Source of the DNA: Bacteroidales bacterium
Lineage (GTDB): Bacteria > Bacteroidota > Bacteroidia > Bacteroidales > DTGW01
NCBI GenBank assembly: GCA_049968755.1
Contig: JBMFQE010000010.1
Span: forward strand, 28,872-92,871
Length of the DNA: 64,000 nt
Direction of reading: 5' to 3'
Shown here in pieces: positions 9,396 to 18,993 of the stretch. The number at the start of each line of letters is the position of its first letter. Within the stretch, counting starts at the first letter, position 1. The notes below the pieces were generated by a model. It was not told the origin of the DNA, did no database searches, and saw only the letters and a list, made by a program, of their open reading frames with translations. Both the position numbers and the translations under genes were made by a program.

Positions 9396-10208
9396 ATGAA
9401 ATACGAACCTATTAAGGCAAGCATTGGTAAAGTTTTCAACCGAAATCCGCAACTTCGTATCCTCCTGTATCGACTCCTGAATATTTTACTTCTTCGAACC
9501 TGGCACATAAAAAAGCAACTGAAAAAAATTGTTCCCCTGTTGCCTCCGCAGGCTCACATCCTCGATGCTGGCTCGGGATTTGGACAGTATAGCTATTTTA
9601 TCAGCCGGTTTTCTGACAACTGGCAGATAACCGGTGTCGATATCAATGAACAACAGGTTAACGACTGCAATACCTTTGCCCAAAAATTAGGTAAAAATGA
9701 CCGCATGAAATTTCAAACGGCCGACCTGACTACCTTTGTCGAACCAGGCCGATACCATCTTATCCTTTCGGTCGATGTGATGGAACATATCGAAGATGAT
9801 AGAGCGGTTTTCCGTAATTTTTACCAATCCCTGCACGATAACGGAATGGTACTCATCTCTACACCATCCGACAAAGGCGGAAGCGATGCACATTCACACA
9901 ACGATGATTCTTTTATAGAGGAGCATGTTCGAAACGGCTACAGCATCGAAGACATTTCGCAGAAGCTTTACCAGGCCGGTTTTAAAAGAGTCGAATGCCG
10001 TTATCAATACGGAAAACCTGGTTCACTCGCCTGGAAACTCTCAATGAAATATCCCATCATCTGGCTCAACAAAAGCAAATTATTTTTCTTGCTTTTACCA
10101 ATCTACTATTTGCTTGTGATGCCAATTTGCCTGTTGCTCAACTATATCGATACCCGAATACATCACTCCACGGGTACGGGACTCATTGTAGCAGCGTATA
10201 AAAATTAA
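9396..10208 (+). CDS. Class I SAM-dependent methyltransferase
   Basis: ILDAGSGFG motif I, VDVMEHIEDD, ISTP; hydrophobic C-terminal helix. Confidence 0.88.
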   Translation: MKYEPIKASIGKVFNRNPQLRILLYRLLNILLLRTWHIKKQLKKIVPLLPPQAHILDAGSGFGQYSYFISRFSDNWQITGVDINEQQVNDCNTFAQKLGKNDRMKFQTADLTTFVEPGRYHLILSVDVMEHIEDDRAVFRNFYQSLHDNGMVLISTPSDKGGSDAHSHNDDSFIEEHVRNGYSIEDISQKLYQAGFKRVECRYQYGKPGSLAWKLSMKYPIIWLNKSKLFFLLLPIYYLLVMPICLLLNYIDTRIHHSTGTGLIVAAYKN

Positions 10209-10211
10209 GCC

Positions 10212-11429
10212 ATGAGCTTTGAGTGGTTTGTTGCGCTTAAATTTCTTTTCTCCAGAAAAAAACATCAGGCCATTCACATCATTTCCCTTATTTCCATTGC
10301 TGGCATAGCCCTGGGCACGATGGCACTTATTACCGTACTTTCGGTATTCAATGGTTTCGATAGCGTGGTTAAATCGATGTTTAACCGGTTTGACCCCGAC
10401 CTTAAGATTGTACCCCACAGCGGTAAATTTTTCCAGATCGACAGTAGCCTGATAAATACTATCCAGCAAACCGATGGGGTTGAGGATGTTGCCTATGTAG
10501 TTGAGGAATCGGTACTGCTTCAGTACGAAGAACGACAATATATAGGAGCCATCAAAGGAGTATCCGACAACTTTTTACGCATTCATCCCTTGCAGCAAAA
10601 TCTCCAGGGAGAAGCCATACTCAAACGCAACAACATTCCCTGTGCCATTGTAGGCATGGGTGTTGCCTACTATCTGGGTATCAATCCCGACCTCTATCAT
10701 CCGCTCTGGGTTTACTTACCCAAAAAAGACGCTGATATATACTCTCCCCCCGAAGAAGCCTTTCAGCGAATGGCTATTTATCCATCGGGCTTATTTTCTA
10801 TTGAACGGGAAATTGACAACAAATACATTATCGTTCCCTACGACTTTGCCTGCAAGCTGCTTCAAAAAAATAACATAGCCTCGAACATTGAAGTGAAAGT
10901 TAAAAAAGGTTGGAACATTGCTGAGGCACAACAACGAATAGCTAAAAAAATTGGTTCCAATTATGAGGTGCTCGATCATTATCAGCAACAACAGCTTTTG
11001 TACAAAATCATGCAAAGCGAAAAATGGGCTGTGTTTTTTATTCTGGTATTCATCCTGATTGTTGCTTCGCTGAATATGCTCAGTAGCATGACTATGATCA
11101 TTCTTGAGAAAAAACAGAACATTAAAATTTTTCATTACCTTGGTGCCGATTGGCAACGTATCCGTCGTGTTTTCCTTTATAATGGTTGGATGAGCGTATT
11201 GCTGGGTAGCATTATTGGACTTTTCGCAGGTCTGGCACTTTGCCTTTTGCAGCAACATTATGGACTGGTAAAGCTGCAAGGCATGAGTACCTTCGTCGTC
11301 GATAGCTACCCTGTAAAAGTACTACCCCTCGATATTTTGCTCATTATCATTACGGTAATGTTCATCGGATGGCTCACCTCATTTATCCCCATCCGCGTCA
11401 TTTCGAACAGATTTGTTAATGCAGAATAA
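10212..11429 (+). CDS. LolC/E-type (FtsX-like) ABC transporter permease
   Basis: ITVLSVFNGF N-terminal TM, periplasmic domain, three C-terminal TMs, YPVKV. Confidence 0.88.
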   Translation: MSFEWFVALKFLFSRKKHQAIHIISLISIAGIALGTMALITVLSVFNGFDSVVKSMFNRFDPDLKIVPHSGKFFQIDSSLINTIQQTDGVEDVAYVVEESVLLQYEERQYIGAIKGVSDNFLRIHPLQQNLQGEAILKRNNIPCAIVGMGVAYYLGINPDLYHPLWVYLPKKDADIYSPPEEAFQRMAIYPSGLFSIEREIDNKYIIVPYDFACKLLQKNNIASNIEVKVKKGWNIAEAQQRIAKKIGSNYEVLDHYQQQQLLYKIMQSEKWAVFFILVFILIVASLNMLSSMTMIILEKKQNIKIFHYLGADWQRIRRVFLYNGWMSVLLGSIIGLFAGLALCLLQQHYGLVKLQGMSTFVVDSYPVKVLPLDILLIIITVMFIGWLTSFIPIRVISNRFVNAE

Positions 11430-11491
11430 AATTTCCTCAATTTAAAATTTCATTCATTATAGTACAAATGCACTCAAATTTTTGACACAAC

Positions 11492-14437
11492 TCAAAACCT
11501 TACAATAAAATCATTCAAATTTACATCACTGTCCATACCCATACGTTTGCGAATACGGTAGCGGCGCGATTCAACACTGCGCACCGAGATATTCAAAAAG
11601 CTTGCTATTTCCTTATTCGACATATTCATGCGTATCAGAGCGCACAGTTTCAGGTCATTGTAGGTTAGGTCGGGGAAGGCCTCTGCAAATCGCCTGAGAA
11701 AATTATCGTGGATGGCATTAAAATGTCTTTCAAAATTTTCCCAGTTTTGTTCATCCTCAAGATCTTGATTTATCGATCTTACCACCTGCGATAGCTGGCG
11801 CTGTAAAGGCGAAGGCGACGACGCTATAATTTCGCTCAACCTGTCCCTGAGCTCAATCAATTTTTCGTTTTTATGAATCAAATGTAACGTGGTAGTCTCC
11901 AACTCTTTAATTTTATATTCGAGCTCCTGTTGCAGCTTACTGCTTTGCAACTGGGCTATTTCTTTTTCTTTTTCTACCTGTAAAGCCTGCAACTTTTGCT
12001 TTTGCAGCAATAACTTTTCATTACCCTTTCGGATCAAATAACGCACATAGGCATAAAACAACATTAGCGACACCAACGCAATAAGTATCCTGAACCACAG
12101 CGTCTGCCAGAATGGGGGCTCAATGTAAATCTTCAATTCGGTTGGCGTTTCGTTCCATAAACCATCATTGTTGGCTGCCTTCACCATAAAGGTATATTTG
12201 CCCGGGGGAAGGTGCGAATAGGTAACCGAACGCTGGTTACCTGCATCGATCCAGTCACGGTCAACCCCCATCAGCAGATAGGCATATCTGTTTTTCTCGG
12301 GATGACTATAATTATTCAAACCTACATAGCCTATAGTAATGGCATTATCCCTATACGACAGGCTTACCGACGAATACGAAGGATGTCGAATAATTTGTTG
12401 TGCCTCAAGTCTTCGGCCATACACTTTCACCTCTGTAATGTATACCGTCGGTATTACCGGGTTAACTCGGATACTGTCGGGATGAAATACCACAATGCCA
12501 TGAATCCCTCCAAACAAAAGCTGATCCTTTGCATTTCGGGCAACAGCCCCTATACTGAAGTTCGAAACCGGTAACCCATCCGTTCGATCATATACATACA
12601 CCTTGTTTGTTCGGGGAATGTAGTGTATCAGCCCAATATCCGATCCCATCCATAAATTACCATACGCATCATCAATAATCGATTTTATCTCACAATTCAA
12701 TAAGCCATTAGCAGGTTTAATCTGAATCATCGTCCCCGACTTCTCATGAAAACGATTCAGTCCGCTGGTCGTTCCTATCCATATATTATGACGCATATCT
12801 TCCTTCACATAAAGTACTGTGCTTGAAAAAAGGGTCGTTGAATCATTTGGATTATGCAAAAATCGTTTAAAAATCCATCCCCCAGCCGATTGTTTTATAG
12901 CCATATTGAGCCCAACCAGCGTACTTATCCATACCCTCCCCCGGCTATCGGCAAAAAGATGAAATATGTTGGGATTACTTATTTGATTTTCATTGTCACC
13001 AGCCGGAATATTTAAAAATTCCCCGTTTTTTCTAATGATGTGCAGACCATTTCCCCAGGTACCAACCCATACATTTCCTTCGTTATCGTATAGGGTAGTA
13101 AATACATGCTCATAGTTAAACATCTGTCCGGTTAGTCTTAACCTCTCATGCTGATAATTAGCAATGTTTACCCCTCCTCCCCAGGTGCCTAAATATAATG
13201 CTTCTCCTACCGATGTTATCGAAAGTACCGAATTTGAGGACAAGCCTCTTTGCTCATCCAGATGAATGAGCGAATTGGTTCGGCCGTTCCATTGATACAA
13301 TCCCTCACCATCGGTACCTATGAGTAGTACATCAGGAACGGACGTAAATATGCTGGTTACAGAAGTCGTTGCCAGCATATCATTTAACTTCTGAATTTCA
13401 AATGGTTGAGAAAATTTTTCGTAATATGGATCATACCGATACAATCCCTTGTTGAAAGTTGCTATCCACACCGCCTCTGTCTTATCCTCATACAGCGCCC
13501 AAATTGAATTGGCAGGCAAAAAATATTCGGGAAACCGAAAAGTATTTTTATTGACAAGCTGCCGATTACGAGGATTATAAATGTTGAGTCCTCCATTTTC
13601 AGTGCCAATCCAGATATTGCCTTTCGAGTCCTCGAGCAAACACAGAATAGTATTTGCGGATACGGCCAATTTTTCAAACTCAAAATTTTTCAACGATTTT
13701 GTACTCACCCGCCACAAACCCTGCTGATGAAAACCAATCCACATACTACCCCGACTATCGCGTAAAAGAGTTCGGACATTATTATCGGGTAAACTTTTAT
13801 TATCCTGCGGTACATTTTTTAACTGAACAACCCTGTTGGATGACGGCGAAAAGATCACTAATCCATAGCCGAAAGTACCCAACCACAAATTTCCCCGTTC
13901 GTCCTGAGCCATGGCACTGATGTACATCCCTTGTGCAACATGGTATCGAACTACTTTTTTGCTGGTCAGTACCCTATTTAATCCATTTGCAGTAGCAACC
14001 CATACACTCCCGTCAAAATCTTTCAATAATTTTAAAACCGTATTGCTACTTAAGGATAAACTATCACCGTCCTGGTGGACATATGCAGTAAATTTTTCCA
14101 ATTGCCTGTCAAAATAATTCAAGCCCCCATCAAACGTTCCTATCCATAGATTTCCCAAAGAATCTTCAATTATATCTGTAATCCAGTTGGCGCTTATATT
14201 CCCTTCAGATAGGGTATGAGTACGAAATTTTTTCATCTCATATCCATCGTAGCGTATCAATCCATTTTTTGATCCCAGCCATATAAATCCAAACCTATCC
14301 TGACAAATGCAGGTATAATTGATATCCTCAAAACCTCCAGCTATTCGATGAAAGCGCAGTGCAGGCAAAGCTGTTAACTCCGAATTAAGGACTATCAACC
14401 ACAAGCATATATGCAGCCTATAGCGCAACATTAACAT
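11492..14437 (-). CDS. Membrane-spanning sensor/regulator: beta-propeller repeats + Y_Y_Y domain + TM + LuxR-type HTH
   Basis: Many D.xG.LWIGT..GL repeats, YAYLLMGVDRDW...YSHLPPGKYTFMVKAANNDGLW, a TM after PPFWQTLWF, and MSNKEIASFLNISVRSVESRRYRIRK HTH. Confidence 0.9.
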   Translation of the reverse strand: MLMLRYRLHICLWLIVLNSELTALPALRFHRIAGGFEDINYTCICQDRFGFIWLGSKNGLIRYDGYEMKKFRTHTLSEGNISANWITDIIEDSLGNLWIGTFDGGLNYFDRQLEKFTAYVHQDGDSLSLSSNTVLKLLKDFDGSVWVATANGLNRVLTSKKVVRYHVAQGMYISAMAQDERGNLWLGTFGYGLVIFSPSSNRVVQLKNVPQDNKSLPDNNVRTLLRDSRGSMWIGFHQQGLWRVSTKSLKNFEFEKLAVSANTILCLLEDSKGNIWIGTENGGLNIYNPRNRQLVNKNTFRFPEYFLPANSIWALYEDKTEAVWIATFNKGLYRYDPYYEKFSQPFEIQKLNDMLATTSVTSIFTSVPDVLLIGTDGEGLYQWNGRTNSLIHLDEQRGLSSNSVLSITSVGEALYLGTWGGGVNIANYQHERLRLTGQMFNYEHVFTTLYDNEGNVWVGTWGNGLHIIRKNGEFLNIPAGDNENQISNPNIFHLFADSRGRVWISTLVGLNMAIKQSAGGWIFKRFLHNPNDSTTLFSSTVLYVKEDMRHNIWIGTTSGLNRFHEKSGTMIQIKPANGLLNCEIKSIIDDAYGNLWMGSDIGLIHYIPRTNKVYVYDRTDGLPVSNFSIGAVARNAKDQLLFGGIHGIVVFHPDSIRVNPVIPTVYITEVKVYGRRLEAQQIIRHPSYSSVSLSYRDNAITIGYVGLNNYSHPEKNRYAYLLMGVDRDWIDAGNQRSVTYSHLPPGKYTFMVKAANNDGLWNETPTELKIYIEPPFWQTLWFRILIALVSLMLFYAYVRYLIRKGNEKLLLQKQKLQALQVEKEKEIAQLQSSKLQQELEYKIKELETTTLHLIHKNEKLIELRDRLSEIIASSPSPLQRQLSQVVRSINQDLEDEQNWENFERHFNAIHDNFLRRFAEAFPDLTYNDLKLCALIRMNMSNKEIASFLNISVRSVESRRYRIRKRMGMDSDVNLNDFIVRF

Positions 14438-14470
14438 GTTTTTGGGTAAGTAAATATAGCATTTTTCTGC

Positions 14471-14508
14471 AAAAAAAGAGGGCTGACCCTGTGCAAAGTC
14501 AACCCTCT
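14471..14508 (-). terminator. Rho-independent terminator of the T9SS cargo gene
   Basis: Minus strand GAGGGTTGAC-loop-GTCAGCCCTC followed by a T run. Confidence 0.75.
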
Positions 14509-14530
14509 CCTATTGAAATAAGCCTCAAAC

Positions 14531-17224
14531 CTATTGTTTGATAACTTTAAAAACACTGCCTGCAACTTCGAAATAATATATTCCCCCCGAAAGGTCCGCT
14601 ACGGATACTGCATTTTCTCCTTTCATCAACGTTTGTAAACGAATCAGCCGTCCATTTACATCGAATATTCTCAATTGCCCGGCCGAAGTAGCGCTTATGC
14701 GTACATAGTCGACACAGGGATTGGGGAAAATGCTAATTTTAGCAACATCTCCTGTTGAAACCGAGGTTTGAGATACTACCTTGATGGTTACCTCAGCCGT
14801 CGCTGTTAAATAGTTAGCCGTATCGGATGGAACAAAGGTAACCGAAAGGACGTGCGTGCCAGCCGAAAGGACAGTACCCAATTCGGGGCTGTAGATAAAA
14901 GTTCCGGCAACATTGGCCGTTGCATTTAGCTGGGTGTTAGTCAGCGCCGTACCCTCTGTGATGCCGTCGGGTGTATTCCAGATTAGAATAGGCATAGCCT
15001 TTAGTACTGTAAGTTCAACTTCTTTTGTCACCATCTCATAATTTACTGTGTCTGAAGGGATAAATGTAGCCCTGATGGTGTGGACACCTGCCACCAAAAT
15101 ACTATCCATGGTTACCGAATATTCAATATTCCCCGGCACATCCTGGCAGGTTGCATTGAGCTGAACCGCCGACAGAGGGGTTCCATAGGTTATATCAGCA
15201 GGAGTTTCCCATTGCAGGGTCGGTGTAGCTTTTACTACCGTAAATGCCAACGTATCGACGTACGAAAAATAATTAGCTGTGTCGCTGGGTGTAAACGACA
15301 TTACCTGGATATAAACTCCAACAGGCAATACCGAATCAATGGGTAGCGAATAGCTTATTGTTCCTTCAATATCAGCGATTAACGGCCATTCTGCAAGCTT
15401 TTTGCCATAAGAGAAAACTGCTGGAAAATTCCCATGAACTGTTGGTATGGCTTTTTCAACCTGAAGCTGAACCGAACTGCTCACTGACTCCACATTCGCA
15501 GAATCCTCGGGATAAAAAGTAACCGAGAGGGTATGCGTACCTGCATTCAGCATTGTACCTATGCTTACGTTGTAGGAATAGGTACCATCGAATCCTTCGA
15601 CGATGGCCGAAAGTTGCGTGGCCGAGAGAGCAGTTCCATAAACAATGGGTGCAGGATTATCCCATTGAATTACAGGAATAGCTTTTTTTACCACAATAGT
15701 CACACTTTCGCTCGCCGTCATATAATTTGCCGTGTCATTGGGGACAAAGGTTACCATCAATGTGTGCTTTCCTGCCCCTAAAAGAGTACCTTCAGCAGGT
15801 GTATACACAAATTGGCCAGCTATATCACCTGCTACCGTCGCATTCAGTTGCTGAGATCCCAGTAAGTACCCATAAAACAAAGTATCCGGCTGGGCCCAAT
15901 TGATTATAGGTTTTGCTTGATTGACCACCAACGTTACCGAATCTTTCACCCGGGCATACGTAAGGGGATCGTCGGGATAAAAATAAGCATACAGGGTATG
16001 AGTTCCCGCATTTAGCAGGGTGCCCATTGCAGGATAGTATACAAATGTGCCCGCAACATTGGCCGAAGCATTTAATTGGCTATTGCTCAGCGCTGTTCCA
16101 TAGGTAATGGCCGACGGATTTGTCCAGCTAACGACAGGCTTTATCTTGCTTCGCTCATAAACATTAAATTCCCAGATAGAATAACCATACACCAGATTTC
16201 GACTAATGCCCGTTAGACGAATATATTTATAGTCAGCATTATCAAGATCATATATTACATCAACTCGTGAACCAGCAGCCATATTATTTTTTTGTACGAT
16301 TGTATCCCAACTTATGCTATCGGCCGAGCCCTCTATAATATAATCCTTAGCATTTGCAGCTTCCCATTGAATTCGGAACCCATATATCCGATGTATGGTG
16401 TCGAGCACAAGCATAATCCATTGCGGATCTGCAAAAGCACTCTCCCAACGGGTTCCTGTGTTCCCATCAATGGCCAGAGCAGCATTACCCGTTGAAGCAT
16501 ATGCCCTTGCCAATGCGGTTATATTGGCTTCTTGGGGCAAAGCCTCAATCTGTGCATTATCGGTAAACGTACCGTTGGTGGCAGTTACCGTAAAAAATCC
16601 AGGCTTAATCGCTACAAAACGCCCCTCACTATCAACTACGGCATTGGTATCATTCACCGTCCAAACGGTTGAATCAGCCAACGGATACGGATCGTTGTTC
16701 TGATCTAGGCCTATTGCTGTAAAAGTAACAGTATCACCCGCTTTTGCTGTTACATTGGACGGCGAAACCTTCAATCCACTCAATACTGGTACCGACACCT
16801 GGAAAACTTCAATTTCCCAGATCGAATATCCATAATTCAAATTACGTGCAGTCCCATTAATCTTTAAATAGCGATAGGTGGCATTGATGCTCTTTAGGGT
16901 ATCAATTCGGTTCCCCCCAGGCAAATTTTGCAAGCTCTGTATCACTGTCCAGCTGCTACCATCGGTCGAGCCCTCCAATGTATAATCTCTTGCATTAGCT
17001 GCTTCCCAGCGTATCACTACTTTTGATACATTATATTCCGCCCCTAAATCAAGGCTAATCCATTGTGGGTCGGAAAAAGCACTTTCCCAACGGGTATTGG
17101 TGTTTCCATCTACTGCCAGCGAAGCCGTTCCCGAACTCGCTGTTGCCGTAATGCCAGTAATTTGTTGCCCAAAAGTTATAAGCGACATCCAGGCAAAAAT
17201 GAGTAAGTAAGTCAGCCTTTTCAT
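14531..17224 (-). CDS. Secreted surface protein: two F5/8 type C (discoidin/CBM32-like) domains, Ig-like domain, six ~76-aa Ig-like repeats, T9SS type A CTD
   Basis: Signal peptide MKRLTYLLIFAW; two A.DGNT.TRWES...YSIWE modules; KA.P.I.W..P..I.YGT.L...QLNA repeats; IFPNPC...FKVIKQ tail. Confidence 0.88.
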   Translation of the reverse strand: MKRLTYLLIFAWMSLITFGQQITGITATASSGTASLAVDGNTNTRWESAFSDPQWISLDLGAEYNVSKVVIRWEAANARDYTLEGSTDGSSWTVIQSLQNLPGGNRIDTLKSINATYRYLKINGTARNLNYGYSIWEIEVFQVSVPVLSGLKVSPSNVTAKAGDTVTFTAIGLDQNNDPYPLADSTVWTVNDTNAVVDSEGRFVAIKPGFFTVTATNGTFTDNAQIEALPQEANITALARAYASTGNAALAIDGNTGTRWESAFADPQWIMLVLDTIHRIYGFRIQWEAANAKDYIIEGSADSISWDTIVQKNNMAAGSRVDVIYDLDNADYKYIRLTGISRNLVYGYSIWEFNVYERSKIKPVVSWTNPSAITYGTALSNSQLNASANVAGTFVYYPAMGTLLNAGTHTLYAYFYPDDPLTYARVKDSVTLVVNQAKPIINWAQPDTLFYGYLLGSQQLNATVAGDIAGQFVYTPAEGTLLGAGKHTLMVTFVPNDTANYMTASESVTIVVKKAIPVIQWDNPAPIVYGTALSATQLSAIVEGFDGTYSYNVSIGTMLNAGTHTLSVTFYPEDSANVESVSSSVQLQVEKAIPTVHGNFPAVFSYGKKLAEWPLIADIEGTISYSLPIDSVLPVGVYIQVMSFTPSDTANYFSYVDTLAFTVVKATPTLQWETPADITYGTPLSAVQLNATCQDVPGNIEYSVTMDSILVAGVHTIRATFIPSDTVNYEMVTKEVELTVLKAMPILIWNTPDGITEGTALTNTQLNATANVAGTFIYSPELGTVLSAGTHVLSVTFVPSDTANYLTATAEVTIKVVSQTSVSTGDVAKISIFPNPCVDYVRISATSAGQLRIFDVNGRLIRLQTLMKGENAVSVADLSGGIYYFEVAGSVFKVIKQ

Positions 17225-17957
17225 AAATTTTTGTTTTGTAGTTAGTTGGTGCAATGTATACAACTTTTTGCTCTACACCTTAAGACAGGATACCACATTC
17301 ATACACCATTTACTATAATCCATCACTGCACCACACGGAAAATCTTTAGAAAGCATAAGATTGGCCAATCACAACAAAATATTAAAGTAAAAGCTTTGGG
17401 CAACAATGAAAAATCTTATGCTTCCCCTATATTACCAAACCAAAAACTAAAATCCAAAAAATACTTTGAGTTCAAATATTACATAAATTGATAGTTATCA
17501 TGCATGAAAATATCCGCATTAGCTTCATTTGCATTTTCTCATGAAGGTTACGGATAATATTCCAATATATTCATTATCAACTGTTTGTATTCCGAATGCG
17601 CCGCAACTAAATTCATCTCCGATGGAGCAGAATATAGTGGAATGGTGCATTAAATGGCAAAAGTATTCTGGATGGCATACATAGCAAGTTACACAGGCGA
17701 TATTTTCATCAATTCCCTATGATTCAGGCAAATCAGGTTTTGAAAATCCTAAAGAATTTCGATTGTGTAGAAAACTATTTTTGGTCTTAATCAAACTAAT
17801 ATAGCATAAACCTCAACTATATTTTTTCAAAAATACCCAATTTTAGGCATTTTTTAGATAATTAGTTTATATCTGAATAAAATTTTAATGATTTAAGATA
17901 TTAATATACAATATTTTATAAAATTTATTCCTTTCCCTGTTCTTTTCACAATTTTTA

Positions 17958-17965
17958 TATATTTG
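17958..17965 (+). promoter_or_regulatory. Bacteroidota -7 promoter element for the NUMOD4 gene
   Basis: TATATTTG about 30 nt upstream of ATG 17995. Confidence 0.55.
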
Positions 17966-17994
17966 CATTAAAGTACCCATTTCATTGTGATTTT

Positions 17995-18600
17995 ATGGAG
18001 CAAAGTAAGCAACTGTCTGCAGAAAGAGAGATCTGGAAGTCAATTCCGTATACCGATCACAAATACGAGATAAGCAACTTTGGACGGGTAAAAAGCTATT
18101 GCCAGAATCCCAAAAAAGGGAAAATACTCAAACCTTCAAAAATAGGTGGATTCTATGTGGTAAGCCTCAAGGTAAAAGGTAAATCACGACATTTTCTGGT
18201 ACACAAGCTTGTTGCAGAAGCCTTTGTTCCCAAAGAAAAGGAATCGGACGAAGCGGTAATTCACCTCGATTGGGACAAAACCAACAACTATTATAAAAAT
18301 TTGAAATGGGTAAGCAAAAACGAGTGCTATCAACGCATGCACAAAAAACTGCAGGAAGACCGAAAGAAAAAAGGCAAGGTGGTAACATATTCAAAACTCA
18401 AAGCCGAGGAAGTTTCATTAATTAAATCCATGCTTGCACGAGGGGTAAAACAAAAATTGATAGCTAAAATGTTCTGTGTAAGTGAAATGCAAATTACCCG
18501 AATCAAAAAGGGTGAAAACTGGAAAGAAATTCTCCCTCTCAGCCAAACAGAAACTCAAGCCATTGATAAAGTAGCTGAAAACTCAGAACCCTATCAATAA
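17995..18600 (+). CDS. NUMOD4 motif + degenerate HNH + C-terminal HTH protein
   Basis: EIWKSI...YEISNFGRVKS (NUMOD4), VHKLVAEAFV, HLDWDKTNNYYKNLKWV (HNH-like), QKLIAKMFCVSEMQITRIKKGENW (HTH). Confidence 0.85.
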   Translation: MEQSKQLSAEREIWKSIPYTDHKYEISNFGRVKSYCQNPKKGKILKPSKIGGFYVVSLKVKGKSRHFLVHKLVAEAFVPKEKESDEAVIHLDWDKTNNYYKNLKWVSKNECYQRMHKKLQEDRKKKGKVVTYSKLKAEEVSLIKSMLARGVKQKLIAKMFCVSEMQITRIKKGENWKEILPLSQTETQAIDKVAENSEPYQ

Positions 18601-18622
18601 AAAAAGGGGGCAGAGCCCCCTT
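18598..18622 (-). terminator. Intrinsic terminator between convergent genes
   Basis: AAGGGGGC-AGA-GCCCCCTT hairpin with an adjacent A run (U tail on the minus strand). Confidence 0.75.
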
Positions 18623-18643
18623 ACATCTTTGAACGCTACCAGA

Positions 18644-18865
18644 TTATTTCTTAGCCTTGGCTTCCTGAGCCTTAGCAGCACTGTCAGCGGCAGCGGCAGC
18701 AGCGATAGAGTCAGCAATTTTCTGCTGCTGAGCCTGAACAGCTGCAATTGAATCAGCAATTCTGGTAGAGTCAGCAATTCTTTGAGCTTCTTTTTCAGCG
18801 GCGCTAGGACCACATGCAGCTGCAATTAAAGCAGCAACTACGGATACAACAAGTAATTTTTTCAT
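18644..18865 (-). CDS. Small Ala-rich lipoprotein with IADS repeats
   Basis: MKK + hydrophobic core + AAAC lipobox; upstream TAAATTTG -7 element; downstream terminator. Confidence 0.8.
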   Translation of the reverse strand: MKKLLVVSVVAALIAAACGPSAAEKEAQRIADSTRIADSIAAVQAQQQKIADSIAAAAAADSAAKAQEAKAKK

Positions 18866-18993
18866 GATTCTTAAATATTTAATTTACTCCACAAATTTAA
18901 TCCTTTTTTAATTCATTTTAATCCTTTTTTAATTTTTTTTTTAAACTGACATTAAAAAACGTATATGTACACTTCACCCATTTGCCATTTATT

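Noticed and set aside
17246..17760. Short ORFs in the long gap before the NUMOD4 gene
   Set aside because: No family motifs or clear initiation signals; cannot be supported as genes.
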